IMG/VR virus record: IMGVR_UViG_3300028175_000001 | DNA: 64,000 nt | From: a virus | Direction: 5' to 3' (one strand) | Shown here: positions 34,251 to 46,000 of the stretch, piece by piece | Layout of the letters: the number at the start of each line of letters is the position of its first letter | Position numbering within the stretch: the first letter of the stretch is position 1 | Program-made: the position numbers and the translations under genes | The notes under the pieces: generated by a model | Told to the model about the DNA's origin: nothing | Databases searched by the model: none | What the model saw: the letters and a program-made list of their open reading frames with translations, nothing else

Positions 34251-35883
34251 AATATTTCGTATCTACTATCCATTTTTCACCGCCCATATCAACAACTTCT
34301 GGATCATAAGAATTTCTACCATCATTTATATATCCGAAAGGAATCAATTGAGATTCCGCTTCGTCTAACTGATCTTTAAACATTTTTTCTCGTAAATCTA
34401 AATCTGTAACTTCTGTAAAATATTGTTGATTTACAAGCCAACCAAACAGTATTAAAGTCGTCATCAAATCATCATGATATCCTTCGTCAGCTTCGTAACT
34501 AGATCCTTTGGCTATATATGTTGTCATTTCAGAAATAGTATCAAGATCCCAAATGATTAATTTGTCTCCTTCTATCAAATCTTTGCAACTAGAACACCCC
34601 TTTCTTTTAACTTCTTTTGTGGTTCTAATTCCCAATTGCGAAGTTTTACCAAATCCCCCACCCAAAGTTTGACCAGATCTTCCCATTACACTTGTTTGAA
34701 AAATATTAGGATATTCTAACTCGTAATGTAAAATATCTGCTACTTGACCGCCGATGTCATTTATTTCGACCAAAATATATGCATGATTATAATATTTACA
34801 TACATTATCAATAACAGTTGGCAATAACATTGGAGAAATATTTGGATCTCTATATTTTGCAACTTGCTGATATGGAAACTGAGAAACATCAATTATCGAA
34901 AAGGCAGAATAATCTTGTCCTCTGCCTCTTGCAACATCAACTATACAAACATAAGAATGTGTAGGATCTGGTTCGACATAGACATCTAAACTATCTTTCT
35001 TTATAATAGGGGGTTTATATGGCAGAGTTTTTAATTTTGAAGGAGAAATTAAAGTATTTTGTGAACCAATAAAATCACACTCGTATTCTTGTGAAAACTG
35101 CAATTCACTTGTATTTCTTATCGTTTCTTCTTTCCATGCTTGATCTCTTCCTGGAGTCTGAGACCAATGAACTTCTAACGGAACATAATCACTTCTTCCC
35201 TCGTCTGCATCAACCCACATTTTATAGAACATATTTAATCCCTTCGGGGTTGATACAATAAACACTTTAGTTGTATTACCAGAAGAAATTGTAGGATATA
35301 CAGAATTAAAAAACTCTTCTGCCAACCTTGGTGGATCAATATGAGCAAACTCATCCATGAAGATGATGTTAAAAGATGATCCACGAACTGCGGAGGAAGA
35401 TGTGGAAGCAGATATAACTTTACTACCGTTTTCTAATTCAATATTTCCCCTGTTCCAAACAACAACTCCTTGTTGCAACCATTTTGGTAAATTTTCATAA
35501 GCAGTTTTTAATCGTTGAAGAATCTCTCTTGAAGTAGAGCCCTTATTAGCTAATATAGCAATATTAGATTGAGCATTAAAAAGAGCGTAATGTAATAAGT
35601 AAGCAACAATTGTTGTTGATTTTCCAGTTTGTCTAGGCATTTTACAAATAACAAACCGATTATCATGCATTGTCTGAACAAGTTCTTCTTGATAACCATA
35701 AAGATCAAAGGGCATCAATCCATGGTCAACATGAATAATTTTCATGTAGTTTTTTGCAAAATATACAGGATCATTAGAGCATTTAAGATACTCTTCTAAA
35801 GTATCTTTGTCATATTCTATTGGAATATATGCCGCTTTAAGTAATGGATTTCCTGCATAATTTTGTATACGGTCTATCGCCAT
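34231..35883 (-). CDS. gp17: Terminase large subunit gp17
   Basis: Walker A PRQTGKST, Walker B IFMDEFAH, STPKG, nuclease DVARGRGQDYS and HDDLM. Confidence 0.97.
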   Translation of the reverse strand: MAIDRIQNYAGNPLLKAAYIPIEYDKDTLEEYLKCSNDPVYFAKNYMKIIHVDHGLMPFDLYGYQEELVQTMHDNRFVICKMPRQTGKSTTIVAYLLHYALFNAQSNIAILANKGSTSREILQRLKTAYENLPKWLQQGVVVWNRGNIELENGSKVISASTSSSAVRGSSFNIIFMDEFAHIDPPRLAEEFFNSVYPTISSGNTTKVFIVSTPKGLNMFYKMWVDADEGRSDYVPLEVHWSQTPGRDQAWKEETIRNTSELQFSQEYECDFIGSQNTLISPSKLKTLPYKPPIIKKDSLDVYVEPDPTHSYVCIVDVARGRGQDYSAFSIIDVSQFPYQQVAKYRDPNISPMLLPTVIDNVCKYYNHAYILVEINDIGGQVADILHYELEYPNIFQTSVMGRSGQTLGGGFGKTSQLGIRTTKEVKRKGCSSCKDLIEGDKLIIWDLDTISEMTTYIAKGSSYEADEGYHDDLMTTLILFGWLVNQQYFTEVTDLDLREKMFKDQLDEAESQLIPFGYINDGRNSYDPEVVDMGGEKWIVDTKYSTDYLH

Positions 35884-37304
35884 TATTGTAACTCGTAATT
35901 TACCAAACCCTGTTTTGCTGTGAAATCTGTGGCACCCGACATTGATCCTAAAATTTTCAATGAAGCAGTTTTAGGAGAAACCATTTTAATATCAACAATT
36001 CCCCTTCTCCATTTAGTTTTACTTAAATTTGCTTGATAAAAATCTTTACCACCAATTATATCACCAATATATTTTTTTGATAGAGAATCATTATTTAAAC
36101 TACTTGCCACAGAATAATTAAAAAAAGAAGTAATAGTAAAAGGATAATTGTCTTTTATTGTTTGTATCACTTTGCTTTTTCCATCAAAATGACCTTTCTT
36201 TATAAAATAGTCTTCTATTGCCTCTATTACAACATCAAGTTCTTTATTTTCTTTCGATGAAAGAGAACGACCCATTGCAACCTTTCGAATACTTTCATAA
36301 ATAGAATGATTTGTGTTTTTTACATTTGTTTTTTTTATATTTAATACTGCTCTTAATCCAACTTCAAATGTTATATTCTTTGCAAATTTAAATCTGTTTG
36401 CTCCCACAAGGTCTGATGTATATCCCATATTAAACGCAATTTGACACATTTTTTTAAAAAAACAATTTTTATAATCAGAATAATATTTTATTCCGTAAGG
36501 AAGCACATTTGACATAAACGAAGCGGCGGCTCCTTTATCATATTTGCTTGATACACTAACAGTAGTTGAGTCAAAAATCAAACTACTATCAACAAGTTTA
36601 AAAGCAGGATCAGTTGGAACACTAAATGATTTTAAATTTATACCAAACATATTAGAGGGAGTACAAGTGTTTGATAATTGATTTTTGAATGCTAATAGTC
36701 CTATTAAAATTTCACCAAAATATACACCAAGCTCATCAATATGTCTGTCATCAATACCCGCCAAATCAATTCTAGACAAATCTTTTTTATCTAAATAAGA
36801 TTTTATTTTTTCTACCGCATAATCATTGTTATGTATTTTATTGTCTAGTCCCCAAATAATACTTTTTTTTAATTCATCAAAAGTTTTAAATATTTTTACA
36901 GGAACATTTTTTGCAGAAAGCACTGTTATTTTTTCATCTTTACCCTTTTCTGTAAAATCTTCTGCTAATATTTGTAATTTTGGGGGCCGTTCAGTGTCAA
37001 GATTATCTGTAGGTTTTCTTATTTTTGAAATTAATACATATCCCTTTTTTCTTTGATATTCGATATTAGCATACTTTTTTTTTTGAAATTCTTTATATTT
37101 GTTTGAAGCTAATTTTATCTCAGTTCTTGGTTGAATATTAATATTCATGCCTTCTAGTTCGTTATTTTTTTCTTCAAACATTTCGGCAAATTGTCCATTT
37201 TCTATTCTTAGGGTCAATTTATTCCAATCGGGATTTTTTGTAACATATCGTGTAAAAACCACGTCTCCCGGATTTCTTCTATCTATTTGACCTAAGTGAG
37301 CCAT
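35883..37304 (-). CDS. Hypothetical protein between gp16 and gp17, possibly PD-(D/E)xK nuclease-like
   Basis: 473-aa K-rich ORF; FGE...P....LVD.......VSSK arrangement is only loosely nuclease-like. Confidence 0.5.
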   Translation of the reverse strand: MAHLGQIDRRNPGDVVFTRYVTKNPDWNKLTLRIENGQFAEMFEEKNNELEGMNINIQPRTEIKLASNKYKEFQKKKYANIEYQRKKGYVLISKIRKPTDNLDTERPPKLQILAEDFTEKGKDEKITVLSAKNVPVKIFKTFDELKKSIIWGLDNKIHNNDYAVEKIKSYLDKKDLSRIDLAGIDDRHIDELGVYFGEILIGLLAFKNQLSNTCTPSNMFGINLKSFSVPTDPAFKLVDSSLIFDSTTVSVSSKYDKGAAASFMSNVLPYGIKYYSDYKNCFFKKMCQIAFNMGYTSDLVGANRFKFAKNITFEVGLRAVLNIKKTNVKNTNHSIYESIRKVAMGRSLSSKENKELDVVIEAIEDYFIKKGHFDGKSKVIQTIKDNYPFTITSFFNYSVASSLNNDSLSKKYIGDIIGGKDFYQANLSKTKWRRGIVDIKMVSPKTASLKILGSMSGATDFTAKQGLVNYELQ

Positions 37305-37306
37305 TG

Positions 37307-37531
37307 TTATTCTTTTTTATCTTTTTTATATTGAACAATTTTTTTTGCACGTTTTAAATCATCTTTAGAAAGGTTACCATATGGTCTCTCTAAAGAATCT
37401 GGTTGTTTATCTATTTTTCCACCCTTTTGTTTAAACTTATGTAAGGCTAATGCTTTTTTTAATGCATCTTTATTATCTTCATCAACTTCTACTTCTTCTA
37501 TTTCTTTTAAATATTGTTTAAATTTTTTCAT
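37307..37531 (-). CDS. Small charged protein with a capsid-targeting-like N-terminus
   Basis: MKKFKQYLKE start; ATGA coupling to gp16. Confidence 0.55.
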   Translation of the reverse strand: MKKFKQYLKEIEEVEVDEDNKDALKKALALHKFKQKGGKIDKQPDSLERPYGNLSKDDLKRAKKIVQYKKDKKE

Positions 37532-37929
37532 TTTTCTTTATCCTTTAACATTTGTTGAAGTTCTGCAGTACTACCAATAAATAATGCATTTGTTACTTTA
37601 TTAGGTGCCACATTGACTTCTTTTGTAATGTCTTTTACTTGTTTATGTACATTTACTAAATTTTGGTTTTGTTCGCCTACAGTTTTAATCAATTGACCAA
37701 CAACTTCGAACATTCTAGCATTACCGCTATCTCGTGCATCTTGCAATAAATCTTCAATGGCCTCTTGGCCCCTTTCAATAATATTGTATATGTTTTCACG
37801 AGCATATTTATAATCAGTATTCAAATCATTTGCGTTTGAATCAACCAATTTTCTTTCAATTGGGGGCTTAATAATAGAACCAGGCGGAATTTTTAACAAT
37901 TCATCTAATTTATCTTCAAAATTTTTCAT
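37528..37929 (-). CDS. gp16: Terminase small subunit gp16
   Basis: DYKYARENIY, ARMFEVVGQLIK and NALFIGSTAELQ; lies between gp15 and gp17. Confidence 0.88.
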   Translation of the reverse strand: MKNFEDKLDELLKIPPGSIIKPPIERKLVDSNANDLNTDYKYARENIYNIIERGQEAIEDLLQDARDSGNARMFEVVGQLIKTVGEQNQNLVNVHKQVKDITKEVNVAPNKVTNALFIGSTAELQQMLKDKEK

Positions 37930-37940
37930 TGTTATTTATT

Positions 37941-38876
37941 TTATCCATAAACACCTGTTGCAGGATCGTAATCAACTGGTGGATTGTAAAAAGTTATTGT
38001 AGTATTTGCATCAAAATCATCTCCCGGAGTAATATATGTATTCGCTCCTCCTTCAGGAACAACTGTAATTTTACTGATTATATTACCAAGGCCCAATTCA
38101 GTTTCACTTGCTTCGGTTATAAGATGATCTCCCGTTTCTAGTTGAAAATAATCTTCTGAAAAATTTGTACTAGATTCTAAAGACAATCTTTCAAATACTC
38201 CAGTTGAAGGCGTCTCGGGAACAGTTTCTTTAAATGCAATTTCCACTGATTTAATAATTGATTGTCCGGATTTAATATCAGGATATATGAAACCCTTTAA
38301 CATGAAATTTATTGTCCAAACAAGTGTTCTTCTGGCAGAAAATTCTCCTTCATAAGAATCCTCACTTGTTGCACTTTGAAGAACAATTGGAATATCTAAC
38401 TTGATTCCCATATCGGTTAAAATATTTACGCTTACATTGAATTCTGGAGTAAAAAAGGGAAGAATTTGTTCTAATATTTGAGTACCGTCTTCAGCATTTT
38501 CTACAAACGCATATAAAGAAAAATCAAAAATGTATGGCGAAGGATTGAACATTTTTTTAATGTTTCTTTCACCATTAATCGAATCTTTATGAGTTAATGT
38601 ACCTATTGTATTTAATTTTCTAATAGGATCATAAGCTATACCAGTCATTTCAAATCCTATTCTAGGAAGTTGAATAGCAACTTGTCTGTCTAGCGAAGCA
38701 TCTTGATTTATTCTTGTAAGAAATTTTTGTTTTGGTCCATAGGATATCGGTACTTTTTGACGAGATAAAACATTACCCCCCGAGTCCTTTTTTTCTATAT
38801 TAATATCATTAAATAATGTTCCAAACAACGCAACATATTTTCTTATTGTTTGATGATAAAAAGTTTGACCTAACAT
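37941..38876 (-). CDS. gp15: Tail sheath stabilizer/completion protein gp15
   Basis: FYHQTIRKYVALFGTLFNDI, VPISYGPKQKFL, LPRIGFE and QILEQILPFFTP. Confidence 0.95.
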   Translation of the reverse strand: MLGQTFYHQTIRKYVALFGTLFNDINIEKKDSGGNVLSRQKVPISYGPKQKFLTRINQDASLDRQVAIQLPRIGFEMTGIAYDPIRKLNTIGTLTHKDSINGERNIKKMFNPSPYIFDFSLYAFVENAEDGTQILEQILPFFTPEFNVSVNILTDMGIKLDIPIVLQSATSEDSYEGEFSARRTLVWTINFMLKGFIYPDIKSGQSIIKSVEIAFKETVPETPSTGVFERLSLESSTNFSEDYFQLETGDHLITEASETELGLGNIISKITVVPEGGANTYITPGDDFDANTTITFYNPPVDYDPATGVYG

Positions 38877-38900
38877 AACACTCCATAAAGATTGTAATAT

Positions 38901-38918
38901 TATTTAGTTGTATAAATA
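38901..38918. promoter_or_regulatory. Divergent late promoters: ACTAAATA (minus, toward gp15) and TATAAATA (plus, toward 38924)
   Basis: TATTTAGT at 38901-38908 and TATAAATA at 38911-38918. Confidence 0.7.
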
Positions 38919-38923
38919 GTCTT

Positions 38924-39274
38924 ATGGCACTTACTATAAAAACTCAAGGCATCAATTTAACAATGTATCAGGGTAATAACTTTGAAAAAGTTTTTACCGC
39001 CAAAGATGCAAATAATTCAAATGTAACCATAAGCACAGGTACATGTGCTTCTGTTATGAAGAAGAACCACACAACTACTAACACTTCTTGGATAATGTCT
39101 TTTACAGCGACAATATCTGGCAGTAATGTCACAATAACAGCTAATGCTACTCAAACAGCAAATATGACTTCTGGTTTATATGTTTATGATGTTGAATACA
39201 CCCAAGTGGATGCTATAACAAAAGAAAGGATAGTAGATGGTATGATCACAATTCTTCCAGAATCTACTTCTTAA
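38924..39274 (+). CDS. Hypothetical virion structural protein
   Basis: QGNNF..F, TATI, QTANMTSGLYVYDVE and RIVDG.ITI.P beta-rich pattern; own late promoter. Confidence 0.7.
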   Translation: MALTIKTQGINLTMYQGNNFEKVFTAKDANNSNVTISTGTCASVMKKNHTTTNTSWIMSFTATISGSNVTITANATQTANMTSGLYVYDVEYTQVDAITKERIVDGMITILPESTS

Positions 39275-40131
39275 TAATCTCCCTCACTAAATGGATTTGA
39301 TTCAGAAAAATCAATAATAGAATCCGCTTCTGTTTCAATAGTTATATTATTTGCAGAAGCATCATTAACAAATATTTGAGTATTTGGTGTTGTAGTTACA
39401 GTAAAATATGCACTGCTTGTATTACCGACAACATTTTGAGAGGTAGTAAAGGTGCCCACTAAATCCGTTAATTTCAACAGTCTATCAGTAGAATTCCAAG
39501 ACAACACTCTTCCCTTCGTATTTGCAGAACTTTCTGTGCTTCCAACATATACATATTCATCATCTACATAATTTCCTGTTCCACCAGCATCCAATGATAT
39601 TTCAATAGCATATGCATATTTATCTTCTATTGAGTCTATATCGTCAATTCCAGTATCAATTTTTTGATCATCATATTGAAATAGTTCACACGTTAAATCA
39701 AATATTGGTAATTTACCAAATTGATAAAACATAGATTCATGTTCGACAAATCTAACTTCGTATAATTTTTTATTTAAAGGAAAAAATATTACATCGCCTT
39801 CTCTTGGCCTATCATAACCAGTATCTAAATTTTCCCATCGTCTTCTAGCTACAGAAAAAACTACTTGATCTCTTATTTCTAATCCAAATCTTGAAATAAA
39901 GTCGCCCTCTCCCTCAAAACCGTCAACTGATTTAACATACATTTCTATTAAATGAGATTGGTTAAATTGTGAAATAGTATCTTCTCCCAAAAGAAGATCT
40001 TCATTCATATATTGTCTTGGAAGGTAATAGTTATCCACACCAAAATTTTTTATCGATTCTATAATCAAATCTTGATGTAAATTTTGTTCTGATGTATTGT
40101 GTAGATGATTAAAATAAGAATTAGTAGGCAT
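39271..40131 (-). CDS. gp14: Neck protein gp14
   Basis: EQNLHQDLIIESI, YLPR, FGLEIRD, RPREGDVIFFP, FYQFGK and FSESNPF. Confidence 0.95.
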   Translation of the reverse strand: MPTNSYFNHLHNTSEQNLHQDLIIESIKNFGVDNYYLPRQYMNEDLLLGEDTISQFNQSHLIEMYVKSVDGFEGEGDFISRFGLEIRDQVVFSVARRRWENLDTGYDRPREGDVIFFPLNKKLYEVRFVEHESMFYQFGKLPIFDLTCELFQYDDQKIDTGIDDIDSIEDKYAYAIEISLDAGGTGNYVDDEYVYVGSTESSANTKGRVLSWNSTDRLLKLTDLVGTFTTSQNVVGNTSSAYFTVTTTPNTQIFVNDASANNITIETEADSIIDFSESNPFSEGDY

Positions 40132-41135
40132 TATCCTGGACCAACCATAAAGTCAACTGGTAATTCATATTTAAGAGATGCTTGTTCTTCTGTATCTCTC
40201 AATTCTTGATTTGCTTCTTCAAATAAGGTTCTCCCATTTAATGTGGTTCCTCCGGGAAGCTGTACCCCTTCATATTTTATTAAATTAGCCCCCCACTGTC
40301 TTTTAAAAAGGGCTGTAATATATCTTTTTAAAAACATATCATTATATACATCTGCAAATGCAGTAGGATCAATTATTCTATATGCTTCTACTACAAGATA
40401 TTCATCGACTTCAAGATCATTTTCCCAATCTAAGTCTATGTACAATCGATTTTGATGTCTATTAAATCGTAGAGGTTTTTTTCCTACGAACATGTCATTC
40501 AACAATTGTAAATGTTGCATTGACATTTTATAATTTATTATAGAAGTAGCAGTAAGATAAGGCATTTCATTTAAATGAAATTGATATCTAAATGAAAACA
40601 TACTGCTTGATAATTGCCCCCCGCCAGTATCTTGTATATCAAAAATACCAGTCACACCAATTATGGAGTCATTTAATGTAATATAATGATTATCCATATC
40701 ACCAAAAGTAACTAACGATGCATCAGTATCGGCTACTGCGGCCGTCCCACTTGAACTTCCAGTTATCGTTTCAGCATTTGAAAAACTAGATGTAACATCA
40801 TTATTTGAAATTCCATTCGTATCGTTATGTGATTTGAATGTTATAATAGTAGAATTTGCCGAAACTACAGTTGCAGTTGCATTTGATGTTCCACCAGTTA
40901 TTGTCTCGCCATCAGTAAAACCTGTTCCAGAAATAATTTTAACAGTTGAGCCAGTAATTTGATGTATATTATACATTCTTTCAACACCATCAAAATGATA
41001 TTCTTGAAAAAATTGTAACCCCTCATCAATTCGATCTTCTAATTGATCATCTTCTACATTTATTTCAATAACCGGTTGCCCTAATGTTCTAAGACAATAT
41101 TGTTTTAACTCTTCTCTTGTACTAGGTTTTGCCAT
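40131..41135 (-). CDS. gp13: Neck protein gp13
   Basis: LKQYCLRTLGQPVIEINV, QFFQEYHFDG and KRQWGANLIKYEGVQLPGG. Confidence 0.95.
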   Translation of the reverse strand: MAKPSTREELKQYCLRTLGQPVIEINVEDDQLEDRIDEGLQFFQEYHFDGVERMYNIHQITGSTVKIISGTGFTDGETITGGTSNATATVVSANSTIITFKSHNDTNGISNNDVTSSFSNAETITGSSSGTAAVADTDASLVTFGDMDNHYITLNDSIIGVTGIFDIQDTGGGQLSSSMFSFRYQFHLNEMPYLTATSIINYKMSMQHLQLLNDMFVGKKPLRFNRHQNRLYIDLDWENDLEVDEYLVVEAYRIIDPTAFADVYNDMFLKRYITALFKRQWGANLIKYEGVQLPGGTTLNGRTLFEEANQELRDTEEQASLKYELPVDFMVGPG

Positions 41136-41142
41136 TTTTATC

Positions 41143-42864
41143 TTAATTAGTATTTACAATTGATCCACCAGTATCCCTTACTCCTAATAGATAAATTGCT
41201 GTAGTAGGATGTTGTGTGGTGAGAAACCCCCCGTGGGTACCTGTCCAAATTGATCCGTTTGCTGTGACTGCAAACATATCAGCAGACGAATTTGCAACTG
41301 TAAGAATTTTTGTTGTCGCTGTGGTAGATAATCCTTTAACCAATAAAGAAGTACCAGTCGCACTAGTACTAGTTGAAAGAAATTCACCCAATGGTTCTGT
41401 ATGAGCCTGATCAGACCAAATATTTATTCCTGGTTTATCTGCATTCTGTATAACACTAATTCCTATTCCTGCATCTGTTGTAACTCTTAGTCCCATTGTT
41501 CCAGTAGCACCTGTTGCATCTTGTACTATATCAAGAATTGCTCTAGCATTTGTTGAACTATTATTATCTGTAAGTTTTATCAAAGAACCATTGGCCGCAT
41601 GTGAAGTACCAGTACCCAATCCATGATGTAATGAAAGTACATGACCCGTTTGAAATGAATCAGCATTAATGTCAAAAACATTTGCGGTTGTTTGAGCCGC
41701 ATCAATTGAAACTCCCATTTGGTCTACATCGTTTAAGTCTAAATACATTCCAGCTATTCCATCAGTCGAACCAACATTTACATGTAATTTACCACCTTGA
41801 GATCCGATAGTGTCTCCGCCAGCAAGTTGCATATATCCACCATAATCATTACCGAATTCCACCGTATTAGCACCATCTGTAACTATATGCAAACTATCTG
41901 TTGAGTGATTATATACAAATCCTCCAGCATCAACATTATCAGGATCACCAAATGCAATAACACTATTTGATACATTATTTGAAAGTAGAGTCAATCCAAC
42001 CGCAGTATTACCTTCTATCACCATCTCATCAGCAACAGCCGATACTGCGGTTGCTGTCTGTAAACCTTCTGCAAAATCTGTTCTTATGTGCAATCTACCT
42101 TTAGATGAAGTTGCAAGAGTTGGACTTGTCGTATATTCTGGAAAATTACCAATAGCAACATTAGAAGATCCTACATCTGTACCAAAAATAGGCCCGGTAT
42201 TTGTTACAAGAACTGATGCACTATTTACGGATATATTTGCAGAATGCATAAATCCTCCAATAGAATATGCATTACTATATGTTCCATTAGAAAATGTTGC
42301 GCCAGTAAATAAATGAGGACCCGGAGAAGACACTGTAACAACTTTATCAGAAGCCGTAATATTAACGTTTACTTCATTAATTGTTCCACCGTCAATTGTG
42401 ACAAGGGAAACTGTACCTAAATCGGCAACCGTTGCACCCGTAAGTGTGATTACAGATGATCCATTTGCATTGAAATTTCGACCATTTAAATTTATTTCAC
42501 ATTCATTTATTTGGGCTCTTTCAATTTTACTATCGGGACTAGCTCCAGAAATAGTTGCACCAGCATCTTCAACTAACGCAAATTTATCAACAGTTCCAAT
42601 ATCAGTAACCGCGGCACCAGTAAAATCTACAATACCCCCAGTAAATATTAATCTAGAACCCGTTACATTTGACCCCGTGACAATATTTGCTGATATTGTG
42701 TTGATTAAAAACCCACCCAAAGAATTAGCAGAAATCAAATTAGATGTAGGATTTTCATCTGAATGCTCATTCAATACGGTGATAATTTGATTGGTTTTCA
42801 GGCGCCATTGCTCAAAAGTGTTAACCAATTCTACACTAGTAATACTAGTATCAGATATTGCCAT
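41143..42864 (-). CDS. Putative tail fibre / virion structural protein
   Basis: NTFEQWRLKTN N-terminal motif; G/S/T/N-rich beta repeats; occupies the wac/fibre position. Confidence 0.6.
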   Translation of the reverse strand: MAISDTSITSVELVNTFEQWRLKTNQIITVLNEHSDENPTSNLISANSLGGFLINTISANIVTGSNVTGSRLIFTGGIVDFTGAAVTDIGTVDKFALVEDAGATISGASPDSKIERAQINECEINLNGRNFNANGSSVITLTGATVADLGTVSLVTIDGGTINEVNVNITASDKVVTVSSPGPHLFTGATFSNGTYSNAYSIGGFMHSANISVNSASVLVTNTGPIFGTDVGSSNVAIGNFPEYTTSPTLATSSKGRLHIRTDFAEGLQTATAVSAVADEMVIEGNTAVGLTLLSNNVSNSVIAFGDPDNVDAGGFVYNHSTDSLHIVTDGANTVEFGNDYGGYMQLAGGDTIGSQGGKLHVNVGSTDGIAGMYLDLNDVDQMGVSIDAAQTTANVFDINADSFQTGHVLSLHHGLGTGTSHAANGSLIKLTDNNSSTNARAILDIVQDATGATGTMGLRVTTDAGIGISVIQNADKPGINIWSDQAHTEPLGEFLSTSTSATGTSLLVKGLSTTATTKILTVANSSADMFAVTANGSIWTGTHGGFLTTQHPTTAIYLLGVRDTGGSIVNTN

Positions 42865-43081
42865 CTCTATCCTTACTTAATAATTTTAAAATTTTATTTA
42901 CATTTTGTTGTATATTAATTATTTCATACTTTAAATTATTTATTTCCGCTTCATTAGACATTATCGTATTTGTTTGTAATACTTTATGCCTATGTTTCAA
43001 TAAAGCCTGTTGGTCCGTTGCAATAAGCGCATTAGAATAACCATCTCTGTGATATCTTGGATCATCTGTTTTTATTATCAA
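42851..43081 (-). CDS. Hypothetical small coiled-coil protein
   Basis: RD..SNALI N-terminus and heptad C-terminus; ATGA coupled. Confidence 0.6.
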   Translation of the reverse strand: MIIKTDDPRYHRDGYSNALIATDQQALLKHRHKVLQTNTIMSNEAEINNLKYEIINIQQNVNKILKLLSKDRDGNI

Positions 43082-46000
43082 GGAGCGCCCTCACTATCAA
43101 GAGCAATTGCACGTAAATTGATTAATTTAGGGATTCCTATAAAAGTATCTTGTGCAACTCTATCTAAAGTCATAACCAACTTAATCGCAAACGTTCTAAA
43201 TTTTTCATATTTTCCACCAGTTGCAGATATATAAGCAATTTTTTCATCTATAGTCTTAAATTCAAATCGTTTAAAATCATTTTCATTTAATGAGTAAGTA
43301 GCGCTTGCTGTTTTTTGCTCCATAAGAAACCAGGGTTTTTCATCAAAAGATTCAGAATCATCCCCCGAAAGAACTTTATAATAAACATAAATGTTAGATC
43401 CTCTTGGCTTATATGCATCCATATACACTTTAAGATCCATTGCATCAAAACCCTCTTCTAATGTTACCCGTCTTGAAATATATCTAGCTTTTAAATTACC
43501 ACCAGAAGAAAATGATACCACATTAGCTGGTTGAATATTTACACTATTATTAGCGCCTTCACCAACAATATCAACAACTGCGGTTGTCGTTCTTCGTACA
43601 TTATCAGAAATAGAACTCGTTCCGTTAATATCCCAGTTAGTAATAGTTGGTGTAGAAATATATCCTGAACCACCATGCTTAACAGTAACTTGATTTATAA
43701 TACCATTTGCATGTACATTAGCGGCTATTGTTGCGGTATTTGAACCAATATCAGGAGCAGACACTACAAACACGCTTGTATTACCTTCTGATGACACATT
43801 ACTGGTTATACTTCCGACTTCCGCGGTGTAATAACCAGTACCAAAATCAGACACAACAATATCAGAATTTGATAAACTTCCATTGTTAATAAGATTTTCA
43901 ATAGTAATAACACCTGTTCTTGTCTCATCTAATATTGGAGATAGTAAAGTGTTTGCAGATTCAAAATAAACATTAATTGTAAAACTGCTATTTGCGACTT
44001 GTGGATATGTAATTTGTTTTTGTTTTTTGAAATCAACATTTTTATTTTCTTTAAAATGCACTCCAACATTTTTTGTTATTCCCGCTAAATCTGTTGCATG
44101 ATAATTAAAACTTGTATATGTGTTTGCAAAGCTGGTTATTTCTGTCGATAATTTAAAAGTATCTATAGTTGTATTTGAACTCGTGTTTCCACTTGACACA
44201 TCAAAATTATCTAATCTGGCATATGCATTCGCTGAGGTAAATTCACATCTATTCAATTGAAACATTAAACCTTGATCCGGTAATTCTTCCCAAACACCTA
44301 CATTTGATGGATTGAAAAAACTTCCAACATAAGGCTGTTTTGTTATTTTCTTAGAAGTTCCAGTATGATAAGCACCATATTCAAATCCATAAAGTTTATA
44401 TGCACTACTATTGGTTTGTACACAAATTGAATATTCGTCTGGAGCAAGAAAAATAGGATGATCAAATTTAAACATCGTTCTTGTACCCCTATCGGTATTG
44501 CTTCTATTTGCAGTATATGAATTCCCTAAAAATCCGTCAGGAAATCCTCCACTAGTATTTGCGATAGGAGTATTTGTATTTGCAGTAATTCTTCCAGGAG
44601 ATAAAACAACCTCGCTTCCGGGTATAATCAAGGAAGTGCTTGGCATTCCATTAATCATAGGTCTGATCTGTAGACTTACGGGAGATTTAATTCCCTGTGA
44701 AGCGTCTTTTCCACTAAAAAACAAAGTTACAGAATCAAGAAAAACACCTGTAGAATATTGATTTTTATCAATAAAAAAAGACTGAGACATAGGGTTCATA
44801 TAATCGGTAGACGTTGATTGTCTTCCGTCAGAAGTAGATCTTGTTATTCTTTCTTCTTTAATGTTTTCTCGTCTAGAAATTAAAGGTCTAGGCGAAACAA
44901 TTCCTAAATCAGTTTTAGCATCAATCACTCCTGCTGAATGAAAAATTTCTTCGGCAACTGAGGTTGTAATAGCGGGAATATTGTCAGGATCATCTGTTAA
45001 TCTAAAAAGATTTTGTGAACCAGCAAACTTACCAGAAGGAACATTGAAAACGCCCCCTACAACACCTTCAGAAGAAACTGTTAATTGAGAATCTTCAAAA
45101 TTATAATGGGAAATAGCAGAAATAGAACCGTTTGCTTGTGTCCTGTCTCCTTGGATTACGGTCCCAATAGTAAAAGAAGTTTGGGCCGACATATCCGTAA
45201 GTAAAACAGTACAATTATTTTGATTGTTTCTATCGCTCATGTAAATAATTTTAGCAGTATTGCTGGCATTTACTCCAGAGCCCTGAATTGTAACTTGTTC
45301 AAAATTTCCCGAAGTCGTTCTAAATACATTAGACGAACTTACGTTTGATAAACTCACGATTGAGGCTTGCTTTACATTAGCCGACATATTGCTATCAGCA
45401 AAATAAGCATAAACATTTTTATTTGGCTTCAATCCTTTAGCAATAAAAGTTATTGATTGTTCTCTTACCTTTGGAACTATGCTTAAATTGACTGTTTTAT
45501 TTCCGATAGATTTAATTATTTTTTCCGGTACACTTCCTGTACTCAATCCAGTCAATGTTTTAGTTTGATCTGTTGTTTTTGCTCTTCTATCATTATTTCT
45601 TACATCACCGGTGTCTCTTATGCCTTCTTTAACATTGTTATTAATTTGAGTTCCTGACCAAATTTCCTCCCAATCATTCCAATGAGTCCCGTGTCCATTA
45701 TATGTTAATTCAGAAGAAGTCCAATTATCATATTGACCTTCAACGTTAACCTTTACTTGCACTAAACTACTTTGATCATACCACACATCACCATACGGAT
45801 CTAGTTTCATTTGTCCTATATAATTCTGAACGGAGAATGGATTTATTTGAAAAGTTTTTTGGACATTTTTACCATCATTCGTTCCTGTAAGAGGCATTTG
45901 TATAAACGTATTTGAAGAAAACGGTAATGTTAATATTCCGGAATTATTTACTAAAGTTGAAAAAGCGGTTCCACCTTCAGAATTTGCATTAAAATTTAAT

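Noticed and set aside
34231..35883. Intein or intron in the terminase (or in portal/capsid genes)
   Set aside because: Lengths and motif spacing are normal and the frames are uninterrupted
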